A stretch of 64,000 nucleotides of DNA, from positions 14,136,001 through 14,200,000 of the forward strand of contig CM075983.1 in assembly GCA_038087875.1 (NCBI GenBank), written 5' to 3'. Under the pieces are notes generated by a model. That model saw nothing but the letters and a program-made list of their open reading frames with translations, ran no database searches and was not told the origin of the DNA. This DNA is from Malacoraja senta (Eukaryota). Positions 40,123 to 52,996 of the stretch are shown here, piece by piece; the stretch's first letter is position 1, and each line of letters starts with the position of its first letter. The position numbers were made by a program, and so were the translations under genes.

Positions 40123-41760
40123 TGTACTTTGACATTTATTATGCACTCATCAGCTGGCAGTGTCAGGGTGCATCAGAATGAGCTTTATCAGAGATGCTCC
40201 CCACGGCAGATGCTTACTAACACCTAGTCCAACCTTGTAAACAATGATTACCTGAATAATGTTGAACTGTTGGAGTGACTATCATGTACTAATAATACCA
40301 ACTTTGAATCAAATTATTACAGTGTAATATTTATAATATAATCATATGTAGTGTACATGAATTCTGACAATTAGTAATATGGATTTTATTACCTCTTTGA
40401 AGTGAAATTCCAGTAATGCAATAAATATCATTGAATAATGAAAATAGGATCATTAAGATCAGCCATAAACTTTCATTTGTATCATATCAACATGATATAT
40501 TTGCTATATCTGTTTTTAATGATATTGCATTGAGAAAAATCATTTTTGGAGGATTGTGTGTCTCGAAAGGTCATTCTTCTCGCTTGCTGAGAGCTTTTTG
40601 CTCTTTGTCCATTGTCCTTTGGAAAGATTATTGTTAGCACTATGCAAGACTGGGGGAAGGAGCCAGGAAACCCATTAAACACTCAATACAATGCCCATTA
40701 TCCATTAAATACCGGATTTATTTGCAGAACGAATGAGGGTGTCTTGTTAAACGTAATTAATCATACATTTAATAAAATACAAATGCATTCATCCATACAA
40801 CTATTTACAGTTTTTATAATGTTCCTCCTTTTTCCCAGTTTGGCATCTGTTTGGTAATGATTGGGAGTTTAAATCCATACTTCATTCAAACAACCACTTT
40901 TTATGTATGAATCAAGACAATGTTGGAATCAAGCCAATCTTACTTTGAGTTCTGCTGCACAGGATTCAGTTGAAGATTTAATAGAACAGATAGACACAAA
41001 GTGACAAAGTAACTCAACGGGTGAGGCAGCATCTCTGGACAAAAAGGGTAGGTGACATTTCGAGAGGGCACCCTTCTTCAGACTGAAAGTAGGAGATGGG
41101 GGAAGAGCTGGAAAGGAGAAAAAACCAAGACAAATTAGGGCCGGCAACAAATGACCTCAGGCAGGGTGGTGCCCTGGTAAGCCAATTGTTGGATAGGGAA
41201 GTTGTGACCTCAAGAGTGATACAATGTGGGGAACTGTGGAAATGGATATACGACTATGGTGGAGGCAAGGGGAGGGGAGTGTTAATAGTTAAGAACAAGG
41301 GTGGAGAAAGGGGACAAATGATTAGGGCGGAGAAGGGGGTCAAAAAACTAGGATGGAGGAAGGGGAAAATGACTAGGGTGGAGGAAGGGTGCTGGCCTTA
41401 GAAAAGGCGAGACGACATGAACAATTAAACGCATTGGGAAGCCTGCGAGAAGGCTGGTGTCATTGATAAAGAAATGCGAGATGGTCAAACAGCAACTGAA
41501 TCATGAAGCCATATGGCACAATAACAGGCCAATTAGTCCATACCGACCACGTGCTTATTTCAGCTAGTCCCATTTACTTGTGTTTGATCCATTGAGCATA
41601 CGAGTTTTGTGTATAACTTAAAGCCCATCCATTCTAACCCACAACCGTTGACCACTCCGTTTGCACACTTTGGGGTCTGAATAATGATGTCGCCTCCAGT
41701 GAAGTAGAAGCAGCAGCCACCCAGACAGAGCCTGATTGTTGCAGTAGCATTGCGTTTTCA

Positions 41761-42061
41761 TTTAGTTTGGAGATAAAGTACAGAAACAGATCCTTTGGCC
41801 CTCTGAGTCTGCGCCGACCAACGATCCCTGCACACTTACACTATCCTACACACTGGGGACAATTTACAATTATATCAAGCCTTTTAGCCTACAAACCTGT
41901 ACGTCTTTGGAGGGTGGGAGGAAACCGGAGATCGTGGCGAAAACCCATGCAGGTCACGGGGAGAACGTACAAACTCCGTACAGACAAGCACCCGTTGTCC
42001 GGATCGAACCCAGGTCTCTGCCGCTGTAAGGCAGCAACTCAACCACTCCACCATGCCGCCC
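41761..42061 (-). mobile_element. HE1-type V-SINE
   Basis: Same head, V-domain and tail as the other copies, in reverse orientation. Confidence 0.85.
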
Positions 42062-43429
42062 TTAGAGTTCTGACTACTGCCAACATTTCTATGGATTGCA
42101 GATGCATTGGGGCTAAGAGCACTTTACAGCAGTCCAGTAATCTGCACTCTAATATGTTATTAGTATTGGCAAGGATCTACCCTGAGAAAGTGGCATTAGA
42201 TCAGTGAAGCACAAATCTCGTCTTTCTTTCAGGAAGGAACATTTTGTGCTCTTTCTCCTATCATTCTGCCAGTGCCCTTGCTGTTACCTGGCAGCTTGCA
42301 GGCAGCTCTGGACTGTTGCCCTTCCTGGCCTAGTGTTGAGACTCTAAGTTATTCAAGGTCACCTTCAAAGACCTTTCGGAGCCTCCTCTACTGAATGTCA
42401 GCAGCATCCATCAGCTTTGTTCTAAGCACTGCAATAGTATTGCACAAGAATACTTAGTTAGGGGAAGGTACTTACAAGACCGAGCCGATTGCATAGGTCA
42501 ACAAACAGAAGGTTATAAGCAAAATATATTTATTTGATTTAGAATTGTAATCTTAATTTTGTGGTGGGTTTTTATTTTACCATGTGGTCATCATTAGATT
42601 CTTGATTTGATGTCAGGTGTTATTGGGAGACGGCAGGCGAATTGGGTTAGGAGGGAGAAACTGATCAGTCATCATTGAATGGTAGAGTAGACTTGATGGG
42701 CCGAATGGCCTAATTCTACTCCTTTTATTTATGAACTTATGAAGAAGATATATGATGGGCAACGACACCAAGGTGAGGGACTGTTGGTGATGCAAGACCT
42801 CTTTCCAGAGGCAGCACAAAAGGATTGGTTGACTTTACCACCTCCTTTCCCCCACCGCCATCTACTCCTCATCCTTTCAGACACTTAATCTTCAGCCAGT
42901 CACAATAAAACCGGTGGCACAGATTGTTCCCTCATGATTTGAAGCCTGGTTGGAATGTAGCAGATCACCACAGATCTTGTGCTCTCTACAGAATACTGAA
43001 GGAATTCCCCACAGCAGTCCAGTGTGGTTTATTTAAGCATGCCAGTGGTCTGTACTATCAAATTTCATCGGCAGGATGGGTTTCATTCTATATATACTGT
43101 GGACATTTGCAGGTGTTTATCAGTTTAGTTTATTGTCACGTGTACCGAGATACAGTGAAAAGCTTTTGTTGTGTACTATCCAGTCAGCGGAAAGACAATA
43201 CATGGTTACCATTTACACTGTATAGATATATGATAAGGAAATGACGTTTAGTGCAAGGTAAAGCCATCAAAGTTTTCAATTATGGTGAATCTCTTTACCG
43301 CTTCCTCCTATACCAGGAGCGTACAATGGCTCTCCTTCTTCCTTGAACAGAAAAATAGCAGTCTCCCCCCCCCCACCAACACATTCATTAAACTCCTTAT
43401 CACAACAAAAAACATCCCCTTCGACTCAA

Positions 43430-43662
43430 CTGACTAACAGAGTAAAGATGTGGCTAGTGGAACTGGCATGGGTCCAAGGTATCATTTTGTACCCTGCTCT
43501 CGCGTTCTACACGGTCAGTCCCTGGCTCTTCCCTTTCTGGATTCCTCTGTCTCCTTTTCAGGGGATAGGTTCGAGACTAATTTCCACTCCAAGGCAATGG
43601 ACTCCTACGGCTGCCATGACTATTCCTCCACCCATCCTGCTTCCTGAAAAGATTCCATTCTA
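43430..43662 (+). mobile_element. Penelope-like reverse transcriptase remnant
   Basis: VASGTGMGPRY ... LPFLDSSVSFSGDRFETNFHSKAMDSYGCHDYSSTHPAS corresponds to the PLE RT motifs GxAMG, LPFLD and YxKPTxxxxYLxYxSxHP. Confidence 0.65.
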
Positions 43663-43840
43663 TTTCATGCCCCCAAGACCAGTAGCATTGCTTATTTATA
43701 TTTCAAGTTTTACTACAATGGCACTTCTGTTATGGGAGGCAGTCCTGTTAGTTAACGGGTCTCTAAGTTACAAAATAATTGTTTGGGTTTCAAGCATTTA
43801 AATTCAGAAGACAACTTATTCTGAATTTAAATTCGGAAGA

Positions 43841-44156
43841 GGGCGGAACAGTGGCATAGCTGATAGAACTGCTGCCGCAAAGCTCCCGAGGCCTGCGTTC
43901 AATTATGATCTCAGGTACTGTCTGTGTGGAGTTTAAACGAAAACGAAGACTTAGTTTAGAGACTAAACTAAACTCCAGTTTCCTCCCAAAGACATTTGGG
44001 TTTGTAAGTTAATCAACCTGTGTAAATTGCTCCCAATGTGTAGGAAATGGATGCTAAAGTGGAATAATGTATAACTAGTGTAACAGGTGGTTGGTGTGAA
44101 CTCAGTGGGCTGGTGCCTGTTTTCATGTCGTATCTTTCAATCAATCAATCAATCAA
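43841..44156 (+). mobile_element. HE1-type V-SINE, rearranged
   Basis: GGGCGGAACAGTGGCATAGC head, internal rearrangement and (TCAA)n tail. Confidence 0.7.
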
Positions 44157-44777
44157 AGTCGTGGCCGTGTGATTTATATCAAGTTGCAGCTTTGTTTTCT
44201 GAACCTGTTTGATGACAGTTTGATATATGTGACCAGTCACAATCACTGCTATAAACTCTTACTTTCAGCTCAGCAAGAGTCACATCTGGTTGATGCAACA
44301 AGGGATGGATGATGTAAAGTGGAGAGTGAGAGAATAATCAATTTCACTAAATGCTGACAATGCAGTACAGTTGCGGTTGATATAGTGAGTACTGCAGCAG
44401 AAATATTAATGATATTTGTTACATCAGCACTTGGTCATTCCATTGTTTTCCTGCAAACCTCCCAACTGATGTAAACCTGAGACATTCATAATTCTGCTAG
44501 CCATATTCGCATCCCATTCTCCTGTATCTGGCCTATAGTTGTTCCAAGTAATACGACAATTTTAAAATTCTTATTCTCATTTCAAAATCCTTACAAGACT
44601 TCCCGATCTTATCACTAACCTTCTCCAGTCCTACAACACTCCAAGATCACTGTATATGGATTAATTGTAATCATGTATTGTCTTTCTGCTGACTGGTTAA
44701 CATGCAACAAACGATTTTTCACTGTACCTCGGTACATGTGACAATAAACTAAACTGAACCGAACCTCGGGAAAGCAA

Positions 44778-45911
44778 CTAAATCTCCATCAACCCGCCTA
44801 TAGCAGCCAAGTATTCTATAGCTTAAATATGGAAAATTTCATCACGCGGGTGCAGCATCTCGCGGGGGGGGGACATCAGCTCACAGCACAGACGGAACAC
44901 TCAGAGCTATTGTGACGTCATCTGCCAAAGCCGCTGGGTTTTTATTTTCAAAGACATTTCAGATTCTTGAACATTTTTATTAATAACTGAAGAAATAATG
45001 CACTAAATTTTCAGGTAAGCCGATTTTTGACTCCAGGGGGTAAATCTCTACCGGAATATGTAAAAATGTCCCCGTTAGCGCGTCGCTAATTTGAGTAGAT
45101 GTGATCACATACACGCTCACACACACACACACAAACAAATAAATACACACATACACCACACCCATCCACACACACACACAAACAAATAAATACACATACA
45201 CCCATCCACACACACACCCATACACAAACAAATAAATACACACACCCATCCATACACACACAAACAAATACACACACACCCATCCACACACAAACAAATA
45301 AATACACACACCCATCCACACCCATCGACACACACATCCACCCATCCACACACACCCATCGACACACACATCCACCCATCCACACACACCNNNNNNNNNN
45401 NNNNNNNNNNNNNNNNNNNNNNNNNNNNNNNNNNNNNNNNNNNNNNNNNNNNNNNNNNNNNNNNNNNNNNNNNNNNNNNNNNNNNNNNNNNNNNNNNNNN
45501 NNNNNNNNNNNNNNNNNNNNNNNNTCCACACCCACCCATCCACACACACACACACACACACCCATCCACACACCCATCCACACACACACACCCATCCACA
45601 CCCACCCATCCACACACACACACACACACACCCATCCACACACCCATCCACACACACACACCCACACCCATCCACACCCACCCATCCACACACACCCATA
45701 CACCCACCCATCCACACACACACACACACACACACCCATCCACACACCCATCCACACCCACCCATCCACACACCATCCACACACACACACCATCCACACC
45801 CACCCATCCACACACACACACCACACCCATCCACACCCACCCATCCACACACACCCATACACCCACCCATACACACACACATCCAAGATCAGAGTTTTAT
45901 AGTAATAAGGA
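44778..45911 (-). mobile_element. Probable non-autonomous Helitron-like element carrying a (TG)-rich microsatellite
   Basis: Minus strand starts A|TCCTTATTACTATAAAACTCTGATCTTGGA followed at once by the microsatellite. The putative 3' end is ...TTAG|T, with no TSD. Confidence 0.45.
45107..45885. repeat. Compound CA/CCATCCACAC microsatellite spanning an assembly gap (134 N, 45391-45524)
   Basis: Directly visible low-complexity repeat and N run. Confidence 0.97.
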
Positions 45912-46129
45912 TTTGTAAGTTGATAGGCAACAGAAAGGTAGAAAGCAATAAAGGTTTTCTGAAGAAGGCTCCCGACCCGAAACGCCACCCATTCCTTCTC
46001 TCCAGAGATGCTGCCTGTCCCGCTGAGTTACTCCAGAGCATTTTGTGTCTATCAGAGGCTTTCTCCTCTGGAGAAAATGAATGAATTCTCGCTTCTCCTC
46101 CAGGTGCCAGTTCACAGGCGGAACCATTC

Positions 46130-46561
46130 TCTGTCTCCAGCGGGCGAGTCGGAGCGTGGGACTGCCGGGCCGGGCCGGGCCGGGACATGGCGCCAGGTCT
46201 CTAGTGAAACTCATAGCAACTAGAGCAAGATCTTTGGTGAAAGTTGCTTCTGGATTGATAAATCACCCACTGCTGAACACGGGCGCCCGGTGGCTGGGTT
46301 TCTCTCTGATCACCTCCCTCCGAGAGAGGAGTCCTGCCGCCTCCCCCAGGCTTTGCTGCAACTGCTGCTGCTCCCCCTCCCCCCGCGCCTGTGCATTGCA
46401 CCCAAGGCCACTTCTCTGTTGCATTCAACTTAAAATTGCTGCAACACTTATTTAAAAATACAGGATCAAAGTTTGTTTCCAAGGATTTTCCAGCAACTTA
46501 GTGGATAAATGCACAGAACGGAGTAGCCTGGGAATTCTGTAGCTGAGTCTTGTTTTTAAAG
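46130..46561 (+). promoter_or_regulatory. CpG-rich promoter and probable non-coding exon 1 of SNRNP35
   Basis: GC-rich island with GCCGG repeats and a YY1-like ACATGGCG, ending in the donor AAG|GTGAGT at 46561/46562. It pairs with the TTTCAG acceptor at 48161-48166, immediately before the SNRNP35 ATG. Confidence 0.6.
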
Positions 46562-48167
46562 GTGAGTGTTTTTTTTTTAATAAACTTTATTCAGAATAAA
46601 AAATATATACAAAAAACAAATACCCTACAAATTGTCTTCATACGTTTTTAGTGTCTATATACTCAATAATGTTTTGCTCAGTAGTGTTAGCACCTGTCTT
46701 TACATGAACCCCCTTGCACCCAGAGGCTAGTATCTCTTGGCTCTTGACCATTCAACATTTACACATCTTCTCGATGGCAGCTAAGCTTGTTGACAATTAT
46801 TTATTAGTTTCTGCTGTAGAGTGCATCGTTGTGGATTGCATTTGAACGGATTTAGTGTTCCTTTTATGCAAACATGCTCCAAACTTCTGCAACTTTAAGG
46901 AGAGAAAATGTTGAGATAGAATATTAGTTAGAAGTTAGAATATTACATTATTGCATAGTCAAGGTATGAGGTCCATTTACACACATTAATTAGCATTTAT
47001 GTCCTATTTTACTAATACCTGTTGTACATTTTTGAATTCATGCTTTTAAAAAATCCTTCTGAGTTGTGAATTTGTGCCATGTATAAACTAAATCAAGACA
47101 TGGTCTGGGAGTGGACATGTATGTGTAATTAACACACAGTTCTGGAGTCAGGCAACATCTGGAGGAAATGGACAGACAACATTTTGGGTTGGACTGAAGT
47201 AGTTGGGGAGAGAAAGCTGGAAGAGAAAGGTGTGGTGGGACAAGTGATAGATGGAAGATAGACACAAAAAGCGGGTCAGGCAGCATCTCTGGAGAGAAGG
47301 AATGGGTGACATATTGGGTCAATACCCTTCTTCAGACTGTGGATACAGGTGATTGGTCTCACCACCACCTCTCCTTTCTAGCTTTCACTCCCTTATTGCT
47401 ATCAGTCTGAAGTTAGGGTCCTTATCAAAATGTCATTTGTCCATTTTCTCCACAGACGTTGCCTGACCCACTGTGTTCTTCCAGCATTTTGTGTTATACT
47501 CAAGATTCCAACATTTGCAGTTCCTTGTCTTCAGTATACACGTGTGTTTGCTGCTGCCATTTGAGCTGCACTGCCACCTAATGTGCATTATTAATATATG
47601 CACAATTCTGTATAAATTGTAACAGGCAAGAACGCCCCGGGGTTGATGTTAAGGTAGTGTTAACCTTGGCAACCTTGGGAGCCCATCATGTAAAGAATTA
47701 ACTAAAATCCTTTTACTATTTTATTTGGACTGGGAAGTGGAAAGTGCTCATGGTTTCTGCTTGTTGTTTATTGTAAAGATCATGTGCCAATAATATGTGA
47801 AAGAAAGCTTGTCTTGAGCTGTGGTGTTAATGCATGCATGGATCCAGGTTGTTATCCATGTCTGTGTTAGTGGATTCTGCACTAGATTCTTACAACATCC
47901 ACTTAATGCCCACATTGTGTAGGGAGGATCTGCAGATGCTGGTTTAAATGAAAGACAGCCACAAAGGCTGGAGTAACTCAGCACGTCAGGCAACATCTCT
48001 GGAGAAAAGGAGTAGGTGACATTTTGTGTCGAGACCCTTATTTTTGTTTATTGTATCTCTTTGTACCAACGTTCTGGGACCAAGGCATGAAACAACAGTT
48101 GTAGTTGAGCATGACACAGATAATTTAAAAATGCCTTGTCAGTTTACTCCAATATTTGTGTTTCAGC

Positions 48168-48934
48168 ATGATGAGTGAGCTTTGGACTCCAATTGCAAAA
48201 CAATACAATCCACTGAAAGCTGGAAGCATCGATGGGACTGACGAGGAGCCCCATGACCGAGCAGTTTCGAGGGCAATTGCAGCCAAGTACAGGCCGAATA
48301 AGGGCGTCATAGGAGATCCTCACCTGACCCTTTTTGTCTCCAGGTTGAATCCTCAAACATCTGAGGAAAAGTTAAAAGATACCTTCCTTAGATTTGGAGA
48401 CATCCGTAGACTGAGGCTTGTGCGCGACATTGTCACGGGGTTTTCCAAATGCTATGGTTTCATCGAATACAAGGACGAACGTTCATTATTAAAGGCACAT
48501 CGGGACAGCAATAAACTAGTGGTGGACCAAAATGAATATTTGTGGATTTTGAATTGGAACGCAGTTTGAAAGGATGGCTCCCACGGAGATTTGGCGGTGG
48601 ATTGGGAGGCAAAAAGGAATCTGGCCAGCTGCGGTTTGGTGGTAGGGATCGTCCGTTTCGGAAGCCTTTCAGTCTGCCGGCACTGAAAGCAGAACTGTAC
48701 ACAGAGGGGCCACTCGATAAACTGGATCGAAGGGATAGCTGGCAGTGGGAGAGAGGTCGAGATCGGGAGAGGCGAAGAGAGGAGCGGGGCGAGGAAAGAG
48801 AAAAGCACGATGGAGATGGAGATAGAGAGCGATACAGAAGCAGGGAAAGGGATCATAAACGTCAAAGAGATGAAGATCGATATAAAGACAAAGACAGACA
48901 CCAACGCAGGGAGAGGCATAAATCACGGCGATAG
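48168..48934 (+). CDS. SNRNP35: U11/U12 snRNP 35 kDa protein; single coding exon with a 1-nt frameshift at about 48536
   Basis: The first frame gives [33 protein letters not shown]...RRM...VVDQNE and the second gives [43 protein letters not shown] plus an RE/RD-rich tail. Both match SNRNP35. Restoring one A (GAA ATA TTT GTG) yields a single 255-aa ORF. Confidence 0.95.
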
Positions 48935-49340
48935 ATGCTGTTACTTTTATTATCCCCTGCAGGGAAAGATGACAATTCTCAACAAATGCTATTCTGCCAT
49001 AGTCTGCCTAACCTTTTTAATTGCTTAAATGTATGTTGCGGTGATTTGAAATATTTAATCGTCATTCATTTGTAACAAGGTATGTTATTGGAGAGTCCAT
49101 TTTCTCAGTTATATTGTATTTGACATATGACATATTTCCCTTAAGTTTTCCACTTAGTATTTGGATAGCAATGATTCTTCTGTATTATGCTTAAGTTCAT
49201 ATTTTAAAGATTTTCACAAATGGAATGATGCTCTAGCACCTATGTCTGTTACTAGATGGTGATCAAAAAACAAACTTTCCATCTTCAACTTCACTGAAGT
49301 AAATCCAAATATGCCTCTGCAATAATTGTTGCTTCAGTGG

Positions 49341-49790
49341 AATAAATAACTATTAATAAAGGTCATGGATCGAACTTTACTTGCATGGAAATCACAGAAC
49401 TAGCTGCTGGAAAGCGGCTTAAAATAATTGCCAAAAATACTGGAACACTGACAAATAGTATCCATAGAAAGAGAAATTATTGATACTTCAGATCAGAAAC
49501 CCATGTCAATTTCCACAAAGAATCTAACTAACATTGACTGTTGCTCTTTCCACAGCTGTTACTGTCCCTACTCAGTATTTTCTGGTTTTATTTCATTTAT
49601 GTGGTAATTTAAGAATGCATAATTTAACATTTAATTTAGATTGCCTAAATTAATATTTATTTACCATTTGGGTTTTTGTCATGCAGTTTTCACTGCAGCA
49701 GATTCATTCTGTACTCCATTTAAAATGGTGATTTCCTGATTTTCTTTTTCAAGCATACTGGTTTATTACACAGATGCACAATTGAATAAA
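49341..49790 (+). terminator. Candidate SNRNP35 polyadenylation signals
   Basis: AATAAA at 49341, 49355 and 49785, downstream of the stop codon and followed by T/GT-rich sequence. Confidence 0.45.
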
Positions 49791-50237
49791 AGATCCTACT
49801 TTGTTTGCATTGAATAATTGTGGTGTGGTTCAAATTGCTTGGTCAGATTTTTTTAAAGTGAGTTTTTCGATCATGTAATACCTTTGAGAAGTAGGGATCA
49901 TTTTTATAGTGTAGGAAGGAACTGCAGATGCTGGTTAAATGTACACTATGGTAACATGAAATATTTGGAGTCTGAAGAAGTGTCTCGACCTGAAACGACA
50001 CCTATTCCTTTTCTCCAGTGATGTTGCCTGGCCCGCCAAAATCAAAATTAATGAAAAATATGCAACAGAAAAACTAAGTGCTGGATAAAAGGGGCAAAAA
50101 GTGAAATTCAGAATAAGCAAGCACTTCCGTTTGTGGGGCCCTGGTGTTGTGGAACTATATCTTGTGTTAGTGCTCTACATTCATAAATTGATTAGTAAAA
50201 CAAACGAGACAAATTAACCAGATTTTTACAAAGTCAA

Positions 50238-50277
50238 TTTAATAAATAAATCCTGACATTAGAAGAATCCATTTATT
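50238..50277 (-). terminator. Candidate polyadenylation signals of the SLC7A3-like gene
   Basis: Minus-strand AATAAA (50277-50272) and ATTAAA (50243-50238) at the end of a ~2.1-kb AT-rich, repeat-poor stretch after the stop codon. Confidence 0.45.
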
Positions 50278-52352
50278 TTTAATTAATACATGTTAATCCA
50301 CTTCAAAAAAATATATACAAAATGAACTGACTCACAATCAGTCTATTCAGATTTATAAACTCAGGGAGACAAATACAACCTGTGTATAAATATTACATGT
50401 TCCAGTCAGCCTTCAGATTAAGCATTTTAAAAATTATCAGCAATGTGTCATTTATTGCCTTAAGGTAACAAGCAATCTTTTTTGAAATACTGCATTTGAA
50501 AACAAAACTGAAAACGTTTTGTAAGAAGAACGTAAGGTTGTGAAAGATACAACGTACAAACAAAATCATGTTTTAGTAATATTTTCTTTGGTCGTTACTT
50601 ATATTTACATATACCATTGAAAACCCCATCTTATTTAATTTGTAAAAACCTAGCAAGTGCTAATTGAACAGGAATGGTCAGCACTTAACCTTTACATCTC
50701 CCTGACGGGTTTTACAAACCCCAAATATCTAACATCAGGCATACCTCAATGAAAGCAAGTCAGGATAACATTTGTCTGGCAGTTGGAGTGAGACAAGTGA
50801 TAATTATTTCACAATATGCATAAAACCCCACATTATCAATACTAAATTAAATATGGCTTCTCACTGCAGAACCATCTCTGTTATTTTGAAATTAAATATT
50901 TGTCACAAAGGGCCATTTTTACAAATACATAATAGATTTTTGTTTTGATGCTTTGGTGGGGAAGGGATAAAACAGGCATTGCTGATTAGCTGTCCACAAA
51001 AAAAATCCCTGTCATTACTTCAATGAAAGTTCTAAATGAATCACAATTAGGTGGAAATACACAACAGTAACTACACTCCCTTTTGGCAATTCAAAAAATA
51101 GGTCCCATTCTAAACTAGACCTTCCAGCCTTCTGTTTCAAAGAGACCCAACCCTCAACTCGTATATCATTTCCCCAAGACATGTCCCCAAATCATGACTT
51201 GATTGTAATGCAAAATATAATATCTACAAAATACTGTAACATTTACATGACATATATACAAGTGAACAGTTGTGTCTGTATTCACAAAATTTAGCGCAAA
51301 TGCAGACCTGCCCCTGGAGCAAGACGAGGATTTAATATACAACCACAAATCGACAAACATTTTCGATGATCCTCATCCACTCCATTATTGTAACATTAAA
51401 GCAGAGGAATGACAGAGGGTATATACATTTACAGTAACTATATTTAGGCCTGAGCAGTTAAAATTTATTGAAAAGCAACTTTGTATCACAAGGACATTCA
51501 CATCTCACAGCAGAAAAAGCTGTGATATTTTTCAATGTTTAACTAATGTAATATCTGTGCCAGTTGAAGCTCAATAAAACCCTTGAGCTAATAAATCCTC
51601 TGCAAAGAGGCAGAGACTAGCATAGGATTGAAAGAAGCAACACTTTAAGGAACTGAATAAATAGAAAATGATGCAATAAAAGGCCAGACCTACTGCACAG
51701 GTACAGGACACACTGATAATGTGCATATTTACTGAATTCATATTCTGGCCAAAGATTTCCCCCACCCCCTCCCAAAATGGGGGAGCATCAAAATGGTTGG
51801 TAATGAAGTCCCACCTGTGTTGGCAAAACAAGAGCTTTGCCACAGGAGAACAACAGTTTGAGTGTCAAGCATTGCCTTATGTATCATTTTCAGTTGTGTT
51901 TCTGGACCAAAACCATCTAGAGATTCCCAACTTGGTCTGGATGCCAATTCATTTGCTATGACCTATTTCAGGAAACAGTATCATACATATCAAGAAAGTA
52001 AAATGTCATTTCAATGCATTTTTTGCAACCAGATTTTCACAGTGCAAAATATGTTGTCTATTATGTACAGTACACTGTTTATTAGAACTAATGTAGAACC
52101 ACACTAAAATTCTATTTTAATAGATCATCTATATAAATATTGTGGAGTGTATTTAAACCCTTGACATGAGACTCTTGCAAACCGATTCCCTTGTATACTT
52201 GATGTATACTATTAAAGCTGGTTAATTAGTGGTAGTCTGAATGGATAGCAGCTGTAACTATTCCCACATTTAAAAAAACTACATATCATTGAATGTAACC
52301 AGGAAGGAAGTTTACATTTCAAGGAACTTTCTTCTAATAATATTTTTTGCAT

Positions 52353-52513
52353 TCACGTAGTTTCAACTTCTTTAAATTTTCTATCACCGATTAAAGTGTT
52401 GGATTCTAGCATTTTGTCCATTTTCTCTTGGCATACTAATTCCGCAGCTTCCTTCTCGTGTCTTTTACCCACAGAGCTGTGATGCATTCCATAAATAAAG
52501 TAGATCAAAAAGC
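52353..52513 (-). CDS. SLC7A3: Cationic amino acid transporter (CAT3-like), last coding exon (GFLIYFIYGMHHS...EVETT*)
   Basis: CAG acceptor at 52516-52514, the GFxIYFxYGxxHS motif of CAT TM14, and TGA at 52355-52353. Confidence 0.88.
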
Positions 52514-52861
52514 CTGGAGAAATTAAAAGGGAAATTCAAGTTTATAGCACCATATATATTTTATAGCTTTCACCAAAAGAGGTCTCCAAATTCTTTTTGC
52601 ACATTTGTAATTAACAAATATTTTACAGAAAAAAATAAGGAAGCTGAGGCATCATTATCGTACTATTCAGAAAAAGAGATATCTTAATGTGAAATGTGAA
52701 AATAAAAATATTTTTTTCAGTTAGTCAAGTATACCTACAACATCAGTTGGGCAAGTATACCTACAACTTCAAACACCCTATAATAACCAAGACATAATCC
52801 AAAGTATGAATGTAGACAGAGCTCCTTTTCCCCAATTACCCAGCAATTTAAGAAGGTAGGC

Positions 52862-52996
52862 GGGGTGGGAGGTTGCAATCTTCACGCCCTGTTTCGACGA
52901 ATGTAATCAACAATCAAATGCACAATCAAATAAGATCAAATAGAACAAGTTGTCCGACAACTTTAGGCTGTGCATGCCATACGCAAGAAGAAGAAG
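52862..52996 (+). mobile_element. Short retroelement 3' end with an (AAG)n tail (Vingi/Ingi-like), nested in a Penelope-derived unit
   Basis: Ends GCCATACGCAAGAAGAAGAAG; 12-bp TSD AAGAAGGTAGGC at 52850 and 52997. Confidence 0.5.

Noticed and set aside
44980-45988. Three 250-300 aa Val/Cys/Gly/Trp-rich ORFs
   Set aside because: They are translations of a stop-free microsatellite across an N gap.
48520-48570. Programmed -1 ribosomal frameshift in SNRNP35
   Set aside because: There is no X XXY YYZ slippery heptamer at the break, orthologues are continuous ORFs, and a single missing A in a short homopolymer explains it.
48452-48926. Antisense ORFs of 80-155 aa over SNRNP35
   Set aside because: Shadow ORFs of the purine-rich RE/RD-coding region with no recognisable domain.
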